From positions 34,807 through 98,806 of the forward strand of contig JBFIXI010000007.1 of assembly GCA_041605955.1 (NCBI GenBank): a stretch of DNA of 64,000 nucleotides. The letters are read 5' to 3'. How positions within the stretch are numbered: the first letter of the stretch is position 1; each line of letters starts with the position of its first letter. Position numbers and translations under genes: made by a program. This stretch comes from Acidimicrobiia bacterium. Its GTDB lineage: Bacteria; Actinomycetota; Acidimicrobiia; Spongiisociales; UBA5794. The notes under the pieces are model-generated. The model was not told the DNA's origin. It saw only the letters and a list, made by a program, of their open reading frames with translations, and ran no database searches. Below, piece by piece: positions 1 to 9,904 of the stretch.

Positions 1-1239
1 GGCTTCGTCGTGGTGCGGCGGGAACACGAAGAAGGCGGCGACGGCCCCTAGGGCGCACAGCGCACCCGCAATGCTGAACGCCAGCGGGAAGTTGCCCGCA
101 TCACCGAGCCAGCCGCCCAGGACGGGGAAGATGATCCCGCCCACGCCGTACGAGAGGAAGACCCAGGGATAGTTCTTGCCAACCGCGGCGTTACCGAACT
201 CATCGGCGGTCAATGCGGGAAACAGTGCGAAGTTGCCACCGAAGTTGAAGCCGATCAGCGCCGCAAACAAGTACAGGGTGTACTGGTTGCCGGCCATGGA
301 GGTGAAGAGCAAGAGGAACACGCCTTGGCTGGCTGCCATCACGACCACCGACATCCTTCGTCCCAGCCTGTCGCCGAGCACCCCCCAGGCGAGCCGGCCA
401 ATGCCGTTGGCGAGGCTGAAGAAGACCGCCATAGCAGTGCCGGCAACCGCGCTGGCCCGAGCCTGCTCCATACCGGCCGCCACGAGGGCTTCGGTGGGAT
501 ACAGCTTCATCAGCCCGATTGCCATCAGACCGGCACCGGCGCTGACTAGGAAGGTGATCGAGATCAAGTGGAACTGAGGCGTTCGCAGCATCTCGCGCGG
601 GGTGAAGTCCTCGGTTCCTTCCCCCAGGGCCTGAGGCGGCTCGAAACCGGGAGGGAGCCACCCTTCCGGCGGCATGTGCATCCAGCGGCTCCCCAACAGG
701 ACAAAGAGGGCGAACACGGCGCCGTAGACAGCGAAAGTGCCTCCGAGCCCCATCGACTCGATCAACCCACCCCAGGACCCGGCCAGTTTGACCCATCCCA
801 TTGCGCCAAACCCGAAGCCGGCCACTGCGACGCCGGTGATCATTCCCTTCTTGTCCGGGAACCACCGCATGCCGACTGCAATCGGGACGACATAAGCTAG
901 ACCGATGCCTGCGCCACCGATCAACCCTATGCCCGTCAGCACGAGCCAGAACTCGCTGCCGCCGCCGACGGCTCCGATCAGATAGCCGACGCCGAGCGTC
1001 ACTCCACCTGCCATCGCCAGGCGCTGTGATCCCCATTCCTTGAGCTTGCGGCCGGCGAGGACCATCACGGCGGCAAACGTCGCCAGGCCCACCGAGAACA
1101 CGATTTGTGTCTCCAGCTTGGACCATCCGGCGTCCCGCAATCCGGGGGTGAAGACCGACCAGGCGTAGATCGCTCCCAGGCAGAGCTGTATCAGCAACGC
1201 ACCAGCTGCGACCTTCCAACGATGTACCGTCAGGTTCAT
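1..1239 (-). CDS. MFS transporter, oxalate/formate antiporter (OFA) family; C-terminus cut by window edge
   Basis: Absent from the ORF track because no stop lies inside the window. My reverse-strand translation from ATG at 1239 gives MNLTVHRWKVAAGALLIQLCLGAIYAWSVFTPGL... It stays open and hydrophobic to base 1 (...VAAFFVFPPHHDEA). An AAGGAG Shine-Dalgarno sits 8 nt upstream. Confidence 0.8.
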   Translation of the reverse strand, partial: MNLTVHRWKVAAGALLIQLCLGAIYAWSVFTPGLRDAGWSKLETQIVFSVGLATFAAVMVLAGRKLKEWGSQRLAMAGGVTLGVGYLIGAVGGGSEFWLVLTGIGLIGGAGIGLAYVVPIAVGMRWFPDKKGMITGVAVAGFGFGAMGWVKLAGSWGGLIESMGLGGTFAVYGAVFALFVLLGSRWMHMPPEGWLPPGFEPPQALGEGTEDFTPREMLRTPQFHLISITFLVSAGAGLMAIGLMKLYPTEALVAAGMEQARASAVAGTAMAVFFSLANGIGRLAWGVLGDRLGRRMSVVVMAASQGVFLLLFTSMAGNQYTLYLFAALIGFNFGGNFALFPALTADEFGNAAVGKNYPWVFLSYGVGGIIFPVLGGWLGDAGNFPLAFSIAGALCALGAVAAFFVFPPHHDEA

Positions 1240-1368
1240 GTGCGCCGCTCCTTGTGGGGAACTCCCATCCACCGTATGTCGTGCCGCGGTGGGGTTGTAG
1301 AGGCGAAGGAGGAAACCGCGGGGTACTAAGTACTTGAAGTGCGGCGCAGCAACCGAGGTCAACCGCGG

Positions 1369-2079
1369 TCAGCTGCCAATAACCGGACTACAGCCCCAAC
1401 CATCGAATTGGCCGTTCATCAGGGTGGCCCGCTCGTGAAGCTCCCAAGTGATGTCCGTGAGCAGCTCGATGTCGACGGCGGCGATGAAGTATGCCCTCAC
1501 TCCCGGCCTGCCATCGTCGTCGATCGCAGCGACTTCGAGGCCGATGCTGCGAACATCGCGCACATATCTGTCCCGATCGATCTCTCGATGGAAGTAGACG
1601 AAGAACTCGATCAGTCGCGGGATGTCGAGCGAATCACCCGCCTGCACCAGTTGGTACACGATCAGGCCGTTGCGAGCCCGGTGGCGGTCTTTGCCGCGGG
1701 GGAGCAGCCTGTCGTGGTAATGCGACCATTCCGGGTCGAGTGATACCGAGAGGTGGGCTCCCGCCACCTTGCGCATCACCTTGTGGAGAGCCCGCTCCGC
1801 ACCGCTCGGTCCATACCACGCCAGCTCCCACTTGCCGAAGCCGCGCCGCCTCCCTACGGAGACCAGCCCGGCGTCTTCGGCGGCGCGGTTGAGGGCATCC
1901 TCGACCGGCTCGAAGCGAGCCACCTCCGAGTCATCGCCGTAGCCGTAAGTGCCGGGACGTGCCATGGGCGATTCGACGAGATAGAGATGGTCGGCTTCGA
2001 CCGAGCGCTCCCTCTCGAAGCGAGCATCCACCATGACCATCCGATCGTCCGATCGGTACGACATCCAGGTCTCGGTCAC
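1369..2079 (-). CDS. DUF695 / RraB (regulator of RNase activity B)-like protein
   Basis: 236-aa ORF. The C-terminal half (...FFVYFHREIDRDRYV...YFIAAVDIE...MNGQFDGWGC) resembles the RraB-family signature ending in (Y/F)DGWG. Family assignment is from memory. Confidence 0.5.
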   Translation of the reverse strand: MTETWMSYRSDDRMVMVDARFERERSVEADHLYLVESPMARPGTYGYGDDSEVARFEPVEDALNRAAEDAGLVSVGRRRGFGKWELAWYGPSGAERALHKVMRKVAGAHLSVSLDPEWSHYHDRLLPRGKDRHRARNGLIVYQLVQAGDSLDIPRLIEFFVYFHREIDRDRYVRDVRSIGLEVAAIDDDGRPGVRAYFIAAVDIELLTDITWELHERATLMNGQFDGWGCSPVIGS

Positions 2080-2095
2080 GGATTCCCCACCACTG

Positions 2096-4078
2096 CTACG
2101 GGGCCAAACGGGCGGCGAGCGTCGCCGCCCCGCGGTGGGCGATCGTCTGGATAGAGATCATCGGGTTCACGCCGCTGGAAGCGGGGAACGTAGCTGCATC
2201 GAGCACGAAGAGATTGGGCGTGGTGTGTACCTCGTTGTCGCCATCGACCACTGAGGTCTTCGGGTTCGCGCCCATCCGTGCGGTGCCCATTTGATGCCAC
2301 GAGCCCAAGCTGAACTGCCCGGGGCCATAGCCCGCCGCGTCCACCCGCATCATGAAGTCCTCGACGGTCTCGCTTCCCCGTGGGCTCCAGACCACTTGGG
2401 ACGACTGGGGCGTCATGATCTCGGTAGCCCCTGCAGCCGCCAGCACCTGAGCGGCGCGCATGGTCCCGGTGCGGAGGTGACCGATATCGTGGCGGTTGAG
2501 CCGATACCTCCACACCGGCCGGCCGCGGCGGTCCACCCTGACCCGCCCAGCAGAGGTGTCGCGCACGATCACTCCCACGAGGTTCTTGCGGCGGTAGCGA
2601 GTGATGAGCGACTTGAACTGAGCGCCCGAGTTCCATGGACTGAGCACCCCGAGAAAGACCGGATGTATGGGCGCCGTCTCGAACTTGACCCCGTAGCCGT
2701 TGCCATCGAGATCGGTGAATTGGTCCGAGTAGAGGGCCTGCATGATGCCCGCCCACGGCTCGAAGGTCTGCTCGAAGTCGCCCCAGATGGGCGTAGCCGG
2801 GTGCAGGCGGAGATGTCGGCCGACGGCGGGCCCACCCACCCCACTCCGCAGCAGGATGGCGGGCGTATTCAGCGAGCCGGCCGCGAGGACGACCGCCCGC
2901 GACCGTACTCTGACGTGATGCGGGCCGACCCATGCCTCGATCCCGGTGGCCACTCCCGCCACCGTTGTAACCTTGTCGACCGCGGCGTCTACCACGATAC
3001 GGGCGCCGTCGTCGTGAGCCGTCTGCAGATACGTCAGCAGCGTCGACTGTTTGGCGGACCGACGGCACCCCATCGTGCAGTATCCGCACGAGTCCGGGTC
3101 GCAACCGGCGACATTGCGCGGCATCGCGGCGACGTGCCACCCGAGGTCGCGGAGCCCCTTCTCCATCGCTGCGTCGCGATGAGACGGCTCGTTGTGATGC
3201 TGATTGATGCCGAGCCTGCCGTGCACCGCTTCAGAGGCGGCGGCGAAGTCGGCGCCGGTGAAGACACCGCGCAGCCCTGAAACCTCGTCCCACTCTTGGC
3301 GTATCGAGTCCGGGGTGGCGAATGAGGTCGTGTAATTGACCACGGTTCCTCCGCCCAGCGTCGATCCGGCCACGATGTTGACGCCGCCGTCGCTCGTGGT
3401 CGACTGCAGTCCGTCCAGATACATGGCGCGGTATGCCTCGGACTCGTAATGGGTGAAGTCGGCCTCGTTGTGGTAGCCGCCCTTCTCGAGGACTACGACG
3501 TCTAGGCCGCGCGAGGCGAGCACTGCCGCAGCCACTCCGCCTCCGGCTCCCGAGCCGACGACTACGACATCGCAATCGAGGGTCACATCCCCGGAAATCA
3601 CCAGCGGTTGAATGGGCTTGGCAACCTGCGGTGCTGGCGCGTCCGGCCCGGGATAGCCCATCGCCACCCACGCCAACGGGGTCGGCTCCGAGGAGTCGGC
3701 GGCCAGGGAAGCGAGGCAAACCAGTCGCTTCAAGCCTGAGTACACCTGCCGAGCCTGCACCAGGGGAGAACGCGCCATCATGCGCAGCGCCTGCCTTCTC
3801 TCCGATTCGTCGAGATCCGTCAACGCGGCGAACTTGCGATAGAGGATTAGACCGCCCGCCCGGGTTCCCAACAGGGTCAGGGCGCGGCCCAGGTCCTGGG
3901 CAATCCGTTCGTCCGGCATGGCCGCCAGGATCTGCTGCAGCCGGCTGGGCAGGCCGAGGCCGTCGATCGTGTTGATCTCGAATTCCGTTTCTCCCGCCAC
4001 CGCGGGGAGCATGGCGGATGCAAACGCCAACAGCGTTGCGAATTGGCCCGGACTGAGCGAGGCGTCATAGGAGGTCAT
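2096..4078 (-). CDS. GMC-family FAD-dependent oxidoreductase (long-chain alcohol oxidase-like)
   Basis: Rossmann FAD motif VVVVGSGAGGGVAAAVLASRGLDVVVLEKGG, plus a C-terminal GMC signature HQMGTARMG...NLFVLDAATFPASSGVNP. The track start at 4147 would overlap the divergent GT2 start (CATGCAT), so the internal ATG at 4078 is preferred. The start is uncertain. Confidence 0.8.
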   Translation of the reverse strand: MTSYDASLSPGQFATLLAFASAMLPAVAGETEFEINTIDGLGLPSRLQQILAAMPDERIAQDLGRALTLLGTRAGGLILYRKFAALTDLDESERRQALRMMARSPLVQARQVYSGLKRLVCLASLAADSSEPTPLAWVAMGYPGPDAPAPQVAKPIQPLVISGDVTLDCDVVVVGSGAGGGVAAAVLASRGLDVVVLEKGGYHNEADFTHYESEAYRAMYLDGLQSTTSDGGVNIVAGSTLGGGTVVNYTTSFATPDSIRQEWDEVSGLRGVFTGADFAAASEAVHGRLGINQHHNEPSHRDAAMEKGLRDLGWHVAAMPRNVAGCDPDSCGYCTMGCRRSAKQSTLLTYLQTAHDDGARIVVDAAVDKVTTVAGVATGIEAWVGPHHVRVRSRAVVLAAGSLNTPAILLRSGVGGPAVGRHLRLHPATPIWGDFEQTFEPWAGIMQALYSDQFTDLDGNGYGVKFETAPIHPVFLGVLSPWNSGAQFKSLITRYRRKNLVGVIVRDTSAGRVRVDRRGRPVWRYRLNRHDIGHLRTGTMRAAQVLAAAGATEIMTPQSSQVVWSPRGSETVEDFMMRVDAAGYGPGQFSLGSWHQMGTARMGANPKTSVVDGDNEVHTTPNLFVLDAATFPASSGVNPMISIQTIAHRGAATLAARLAP

Positions 4079-4141
4079 GGCGTTGAACGGTACTCCTTGC
4101 CGTGGGGGCCCGTCATCTCGATCGAATATCCGAGGAGACTC

Positions 4142-5191
4142 ATGCATCCCGCTCGCGGCCTAGCCTGCGGAGCCATGTCTGGGGAGCCATCTCTCAGCCC
4201 GCCCGAGGTGTCCGTGGTGATCCCGGTGCGCAACGAGGAGTCGACGATCGCCAACGCGATTCGTAGTGCGCTGGGACAGACCGGGGCGCCACCGCTGGAG
4301 GTCATCGTTGCCGACGGTGACAGCACCGACGGGACTCGGGCGGTTGTCTCGGCATTGGCCCACGACGACCATCGGGTGAGGCTGATGAGCAATCCGGCTT
4401 CCCACATACCGAGCGGGCTCAATGCGGCGATCCGGGCCGCTCGCGGGGACGTGATCGTGCGCTGCGACGCCCACTCCGTGCTGCCGTCGGGGTACATAGC
4501 GAGCGCGCTGCGGCTCCTCGAGAAGACCGGCGCCGACGTGGTCGGTGGCATACAGCGGGCGGTCGGGCGGACGTGGTGGCAACGAGCGACTGCGATAGGG
4601 ATGACGACGCCGCTTGGAGTGGGTGACGCCCGTTTTCACACCGGCGGCCCGCCGGGACCGGTCGACACCGTCTATCTAGGGGTATTCCGGCGAGCCGCGC
4701 TGGAGCGCTCCGGACTATTTGATGAGTCACTGCACCGCAATGAGGACTACGAGCTCAACTACCGCATCCGCCGGGACGGGGGAGTGGTCTACTTCCACCC
4801 CGACCTCGAGGTCGAGTATGCCCCGCGCCGCAACCTGCTGGCGCTGGCCGGTCAGTATCGCCATTACGGGGCATGGAAGCGACTAGTGCTGCGCCGGTTC
4901 CCGGAATCATTGCGGTGGCGTCAACTGGCAGCCCCGCTGCTGGTGGTCGGGTTCGTTGTCTCGCTGATCCTGTTGGTGTTCGGCCAGGCACGGCTGGCGT
5001 CGTTGATTCCCGGCGGATACCTTGCGGCCATCCTGCTGACGAGCCTCGTGGAGCTGATCCGCAGGCGCGATTCGGCAGCATTGGCGCTCCCGCTGGTGCT
5101 GCCGACCATGCACCTCAGTTGGGCTTTCGGGTTCATGACCTCCGATTTGCAGGATCCGGGCCCGTCCGTCGCCCGGCTCGATCCCCGCTGA
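4142..5191 (+). CDS. Family 2 glycosyltransferase with C-terminal TM segments
   Basis: VSVVIPVRNEESTI...VIVADGDSTDGT GT2 core and hydrophobic C-terminal helices. GAGGAG lies 4-5 nt before ATG 4142; the alternative start is ATG 4175. The track start at 4043 lies inside the divergent gene. Confidence 0.8.
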   Translation: MHPARGLACGAMSGEPSLSPPEVSVVIPVRNEESTIANAIRSALGQTGAPPLEVIVADGDSTDGTRAVVSALAHDDHRVRLMSNPASHIPSGLNAAIRAARGDVIVRCDAHSVLPSGYIASALRLLEKTGADVVGGIQRAVGRTWWQRATAIGMTTPLGVGDARFHTGGPPGPVDTVYLGVFRRAALERSGLFDESLHRNEDYELNYRIRRDGGVVYFHPDLEVEYAPRRNLLALAGQYRHYGAWKRLVLRRFPESLRWRQLAAPLLVVGFVVSLILLVFGQARLASLIPGGYLAAILLTSLVELIRRRDSAALALPLVLPTMHLSWAFGFMTSDLQDPGPSVARLDPR

Positions 5192-6048
5192 TGGAGGCTT
5201 CCTTCGTCCTGCTCACTCAGGGAGATCGCACTGCGGAGTTGCGACGGGCGATCGAGTCGATCCAGGCCCAAGAAGGTATCTCCGCCGAGATCGTGGTGAT
5301 CTCCAACGGGGCCGGTGAGATCGAGGTGCCGGATGGAGTGAAGCTGTTTGTGTCACGGGAGAATCTGGGGATTCCCGGGGGGCGCAACCTCGGGGCGGCC
5401 GACAGCCATCACGACATCATCTTCTTCCTCGACGACGATGCATGGTTCGTCGAGCGGGATGCCGCCCGGCGGGTGCTGGCGGCGTTTGCCATTGACCGGG
5501 AGCTGGGCATCGTCAGCTTTCGTATCGCCGATCCGGTGTCGGGCGAGAGTGAGCGCCGCCACGTGCCGCGGTTGGGCGCGGTCGACCCGGCGCGTAGCGG
5601 GCAGGTGACCACATTTCTCGGAGGGGCGTGCGCGATTCGTCGCACGGTCTTCGAACGGTGTGGCGCCTACCCGAAGCGTTTCCACTATTCCCATGAGGAG
5701 TCCGATCTGGCTTGGCGGGCGATCGACGCTGGTTTCACCATCGTCTACCGGGGCGACGTTCTCGTTATGCATCCCGCGGCACCCCCGACGCGTCACTCCG
5801 ACTATCACTTCTGGTCGACCCGCAATCGCGTCTGGCTGGCGCGGCGCCGGCTGCCGTGGCTCCTCGCGCTGCCACATGTGGCGATTCATACGCTGCGCTC
5901 TTTGCTCCGCGCGGGGTCGCCCGCCAACCGGCGCCGGGTCTGGAGAGGCTGGCGGGCAGGTTGGACGGAACCTGCCGGCGAGCGGGCGCCCATCAGTTGG
6001 CGGACGGCGTGGCGACTGACCCGCATGGGGCGCCCGCCGCTCATCTGA
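5191..6048 (+). CDS. Family 2 glycosyltransferase
   Basis: MEASFVLLTQGDR...IVVISNGAG...ENLGIPGGRNLG...FFLDDDAW (DxD). ATG 5191 overlaps the upstream TGA (ATGA coupling). The upstream 106 codons of the track ORF are an out-of-frame overlap with the previous gene. Confidence 0.8.
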   Translation: MEASFVLLTQGDRTAELRRAIESIQAQEGISAEIVVISNGAGEIEVPDGVKLFVSRENLGIPGGRNLGAADSHHDIIFFLDDDAWFVERDAARRVLAAFAIDRELGIVSFRIADPVSGESERRHVPRLGAVDPARSGQVTTFLGGACAIRRTVFERCGAYPKRFHYSHEESDLAWRAIDAGFTIVYRGDVLVMHPAAPPTRHSDYHFWSTRNRVWLARRRLPWLLALPHVAIHTLRSLLRAGSPANRRRVWRGWRAGWTEPAGERAPISWRTAWRLTRMGRPPLI

Positions 6049-6149
6049 CCGGGGGCTTGGGGCGGGTTTCATTCGCCCTTAGGGCCAGAGTCACATAGGG
6101 TTCCCTACAGTCGAAGCTCTACCGCACCGATTGAGCTTGGGGAGTGCTC

Positions 6150-9100
6150 ATGAGGATCGATTACCGATCACACCGGCTGGCTTTGCTGACAGCAGTCGCT
6201 CTGGCGTTTGCAGTCGCACCTTCGCTGGCGCGCGCCGACGACGAACTCCGCCGGGCACACATCGACGGCCACGAGCACGGCGAGGAAGAGCAGTACATGC
6301 TCGATGCCGCCTCGTCGTCTCCAGGAGCTACGTTCTTCAACGAGTCCTCGGGGTGCGGGGCGCCCAACGGGGCCAAGACCCCGGCCACCACTACCGACTC
6401 GCTACCGAACCGGGGGATCCCGGCCAACCACCAGGTCCGGGGTCCGTGGGCCGACTTCTACGGGCGCGACTACGGCGATGTGAGCCGCTCGATGGTGGAG
6501 TGGACCGTTCCCATGAGTGGTGGACGGACTGTCCTTGTCCACGAGCGGGCTTATCCCGCGTTTCAGCGGGTGACCGAGAACCTGGCCGCCCGGGCGGCGG
6601 AAGGCAAGCACTACGAGGTGCGTATCGCCGCCACGTGGGTGTGGCGGCGCATCGGGGGCAGCTACCGGATGTCGACGCACGCCTTCGGCACGACGATCGA
6701 CATCAACTGGGACACCAACCCGTACCGAGCAGACAACGAGCTGATAACCGACATGCCGGCCTGGTTCGTCCAGGCGTGGCGCGACGCCGGATTCTGTTGG
6801 GGCGGCGACTGGCTCTACATCAAGGACACGATGCACTTCTCGTGGATGGGGCCGGGGGCCATGGAGGACTACGGGGACCTTCCCAAGCCCTACTCGCCCA
6901 ACACCGCCAAAGCAGCGTTCACCGACGAGGCCTACTCCAGCTGGAGTGGATTCTCCACCGCAGGCGGCGCCCGGTTGGTCATCGCCGATGTCAACGGAGA
7001 CGGAGCTCCGGACCTGGTGCGGCTGCGCGATCACGGTGCCGACGGTGTCCAACTGTCGTTTGCCCGGTCCTCGATGAACTTCCGACGCTGCAGCACCACC
7101 TCGTTCACGGCCCATGGTGCCCGAGGTGCCGATCGATATATCGTCGCCGACTACGACGGCGACTCCCGTCCCGACCTGTGGACATTGCGCACCGGCGGCT
7201 CGACGCTGCTGATCGAGGTCTTCACTTACGCCAGTGGATACCGCGAGTCGACCCAAGTCACCACCGGCGCCGCATCGCGGCTCCGCGCCTCCTACCTGGT
7301 CGGCGACTACGACCGAGACGGCAAGGGCGACCTGTACGTGGTCACCCCGGGCGCCGATACCCGCGTGGAGATCTGGAGCGGGGCAGCCGGCTACGCCACG
7401 CGGATCGTTGACGGGACGTCCGGCCTGGATACCCGCGGATCATGGCAATTCTCGATTGGCGATGACGACGTCGACGGGCGGGACGACGTCGTGGCGATCG
7501 ATGCCGAGGGCTCGGTCCGACTGCGGACGCTGCTGGCGAAGGAGGGCTTCACCGGCTCTCCGGTCAATTCGTCCACAGGAGCGACCGCCGAAGCCGGCGA
7601 TCACTTCGCGATGGGGGATCTCGACGGGGACGGCCGCCCCGATCTGTGGCAGATCGACGCCGCCGGCCGCGTCACGGTGCGCCGCGGAGGCAACTCGACG
7701 CTACCCGTCGCCTACTGGTACCAAACCCCGGGTTGGCGATGCGGAGGGCTGTCGCCGGCAGATCCTTGGGACTTCGACGGCAACTCCTTCCACGATATGG
7801 CCGTGGGGTCGCCGCTCGAGGACATCGACGATCTCCGCGATGCGGGTGCGCTCAACGTCGTCTACGGCACCAAAGACGGTCCGGTCGTGGTCGATGACGA
7901 CCTGTTCTATCAGCATCTGGACGCGATCGAAGGCGTGTCCGAACGGGGGGACCGCTTCGGGGGCACGACCGCGTCCGGCGACTTCGACCACGATGGAAAC
8001 GCTGATCTCGCCGTGGCCGCCCCCCGAGACGATGTCGGTCCGGTCGTCAACGGCGGTCTCGTCAACATCATCATGGGGCGACGCCACGGGCTCGACGCCG
8101 CAGACGGCCAGCTCTGGCACAGAGATATCGCCGGCGTGCAAGCGGCCGCCGGGACCGGTGATCGGTTCGGGGCCGCCATGGTATCCGCCGATTTCAACCG
8201 GGACGGCTTCTTCGATCTCGCAATCGGCGTGCCGGGTGACGAGGTCGGCGGCGCCCCCGGCGCCGGGTCCGTGTCAGTGCTCTACGGAAGCAAGCGTGGT
8301 CTGACGGCGGCAGCCGACCAGGTCTGGCATCAGGACGTCGCCGGCATTCTCGGCACGGCCGGGCGCAGTGATCGCTTCGGAGCTGCCCTGGCTGCGGGTG
8401 ACTTCGATCGGGACGGCTACGCCGATCTCGTGGTAGGGGCTCCCGGTGACGTCGTCGGTGGCGCCGCGGAAGCGGGCCAAATCCACGTCATCTACGGGTC
8501 GCCGGAGGGACTGGCCGCCGCCGGCAACGCCCGATTCCATCAAGACAGCAGCGGAATGCTCGAGGTCGCCGGGACCGGCGACGAGTTTGGCTCCAGCCTG
8601 GCGGTGGCAGACTTCGACGGCGACGGATACAGCGATGTTGCCGTCGGGGTGCCCCGCGAAGACGATGGATCCAAGAAGTCGATAGGCAAGGTTCAGATCA
8701 TCTTCGGCTCGGCTGCCGGCCTCACCGCTGCCGGGAACGAGCTGTGGAGCCAGGACAGCACGGGCGTCGCTTCCAGAGCGCAGGCCGGCGATCGGTTCGG
8801 TGCTGCACTGGCCGCAGCCGATTTCGACGACGACGGATTCGGGGATCTCGCCATCGGTGTTCCCCATGAAGACTTCGCCGGCGCGCGCAACACCGGTGCT
8901 ATCAACGTGCTGTACGGCCGTCGCAGCGGGCTGCATGCTCGACCGGGGAACTTCCTCAGCCAGGGCCGAGGTGGGCTGGTCGGGACCGCCGAGGTCGGAG
9001 ACAGGTTCGGCGCCAGCCTGCGGGCCGTCGATGTCGATGGTTCCGGCCGGTGGGATCTGTTGGCCGGTCTCCCGGGCGAAGACCTGGCCGCCGTCGATGC

Positions 9101-9227
9101 CGGGGCGGCCATCTTGATCATGGGGTCCGCGGCCGGCCTCAAGCTGGAGAACAGCTCCGTGTGGCACCAAGACACCCCGGGCATCGCCGGGACCGTTGAG
9201 GCCGGTGACGGGTTTGGGAAGCTGTGA
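6150..9227 (+). CDS. Secreted M15-family (VanY/DD-peptidase-like) metallopeptidase fused to about 12 FG-GAP/VCBS repeats
   Basis: Signal peptide ...LALLTAVALAFAVAPSLARA. M15 zinc ligand pattern STHAFGTTIDIN ... DTMHFSW. Five VCBS-like repeats (DxDGDGxxDL) are followed by seven integrin-alpha-type FG-GAP blades (GDRFG...DFDxDGxxDLxxG). GGGGA lies 6 nt before ATG 6150; the track start is GTG 6144. Confidence 0.8.
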   Translation: MRIDYRSHRLALLTAVALAFAVAPSLARADDELRRAHIDGHEHGEEEQYMLDAASSSPGATFFNESSGCGAPNGAKTPATTTDSLPNRGIPANHQVRGPWADFYGRDYGDVSRSMVEWTVPMSGGRTVLVHERAYPAFQRVTENLAARAAEGKHYEVRIAATWVWRRIGGSYRMSTHAFGTTIDINWDTNPYRADNELITDMPAWFVQAWRDAGFCWGGDWLYIKDTMHFSWMGPGAMEDYGDLPKPYSPNTAKAAFTDEAYSSWSGFSTAGGARLVIADVNGDGAPDLVRLRDHGADGVQLSFARSSMNFRRCSTTSFTAHGARGADRYIVADYDGDSRPDLWTLRTGGSTLLIEVFTYASGYRESTQVTTGAASRLRASYLVGDYDRDGKGDLYVVTPGADTRVEIWSGAAGYATRIVDGTSGLDTRGSWQFSIGDDDVDGRDDVVAIDAEGSVRLRTLLAKEGFTGSPVNSSTGATAEAGDHFAMGDLDGDGRPDLWQIDAAGRVTVRRGGNSTLPVAYWYQTPGWRCGGLSPADPWDFDGNSFHDMAVGSPLEDIDDLRDAGALNVVYGTKDGPVVVDDDLFYQHLDAIEGVSERGDRFGGTTASGDFDHDGNADLAVAAPRDDVGPVVNGGLVNIIMGRRHGLDAADGQLWHRDIAGVQAAAGTGDRFGAAMVSADFNRDGFFDLAIGVPGDEVGGAPGAGSVSVLYGSKRGLTAAADQVWHQDVAGILGTAGRSDRFGAALAAGDFDRDGYADLVVGAPGDVVGGAAEAGQIHVIYGSPEGLAAAGNARFHQDSSGMLEVAGTGDEFGSSLAVADFDGDGYSDVAVGVPREDDGSKKSIGKVQIIFGSAAGLTAAGNELWSQDSTGVASRAQAGDRFGAALAAADFDDDGFGDLAIGVPHEDFAGARNTGAINVLYGRRSGLHARPGNFLSQGRGGLVGTAEVGDRFGASLRAVDVDGSGRWDLLAGLPGEDLAAVDAGAAILIMGSAAGLKLENSSVWHQDTPGIAGTVEAGDGFGKL

Positions 9228-9254
9228 GGCCCGACAACCGCGCCCTCTGATGGC

Positions 9255-9887
9255 CTACGGAGCCAGCCGCATCACCGACCAGCCATCACCCTGGCGGGTG
9301 TACTCCAGTCGGTCGTGCATCCGGTTCTCTCTCCCTTGCCAGAACTCGATCCGATCGGGTAACAAGCGGTAGCCCCCCCAGTGGTCGGGTCGAGGAATCG
9401 GTCCGGCATGTTCGTCGGCGACGGCGGCGAAGGCTGCTTCCAGCTCTTCGCGGCTGGCAAGCGGCGTGGATTGCCGTGAGGCGGTGGCGGCAATCTGGGC
9501 GCCGCGGGGCCGGGTGGAGAAGTACTCATCGGACTCGTCCACACTCACCTTGGAGACTGCGCCCGAGGCGCGGATTTGGCGGTGGATGTTCAGCCACGTG
9601 AAATTCACCGCCGCCCTGTCGTTGGCCACGAGGTCCCGCGCCTTGGCAGAGCCGTAATTCGTGAAGAAGACGAGCCCGTGGTCGACCCCTTTCAATAGCA
9701 CGCTACGAACAGAGGGGGCTCCGCTGGCGTTGACGGTGGCCAAACACATCGCATTGGATTGCGGCTCGCCGGCCTCATGCGCCTGTTGCACCCATGCCGC
9801 TATCGCCGCCAGTGGATCTTCACCGATCGCCGCCGGAGACAATGGCTCACCCGCGTAATCCTGCCGGGATATCGAAATATCGGCCAT
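9255..9887 (-). CDS. pdxH: Pyridoxamine 5-prime-phosphate oxidase
   Basis: 210 aa. Matches include ...LATVNASGAPSVRSVLLKG...FFTNYGSAK...IEFWQGRENRMHDRLEY, typical of PdxH. Confidence 0.9.
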   Translation of the reverse strand: MADISISRQDYAGEPLSPAAIGEDPLAAIAAWVQQAHEAGEPQSNAMCLATVNASGAPSVRSVLLKGVDHGLVFFTNYGSAKARDLVANDRAAVNFTWLNIHRQIRASGAVSKVSVDESDEYFSTRPRGAQIAATASRQSTPLASREELEAAFAAVADEHAGPIPRPDHWGGYRLLPDRIEFWQGRENRMHDRLEYTRQGDGWSVMRLAP

Positions 9888-9904
9888 GGCGGTGTGGGAC
9901 GTCC

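Noticed and set aside
200-1219. 339-aa minus-strand ORF from the track (Arg/Gly/Pro-rich), plus several plus-strand ORFs between 176 and 1329
   Set aside because: It is in a different frame from the real gene. The composition is that of a GC-rich shadow frame. The true product is the OFA-type MFS transporter, which is open from 1239 to the window edge in another frame.
7600-9200. Roughly 190-bp periodicity in the sequence, checked as a possible repeat array or CRISPR
   Set aside because: The periodicity is the protein-level FG-GAP blade repeat inside one continuous ORF. The units are divergent at the DNA level, and there is no spacer/repeat structure.
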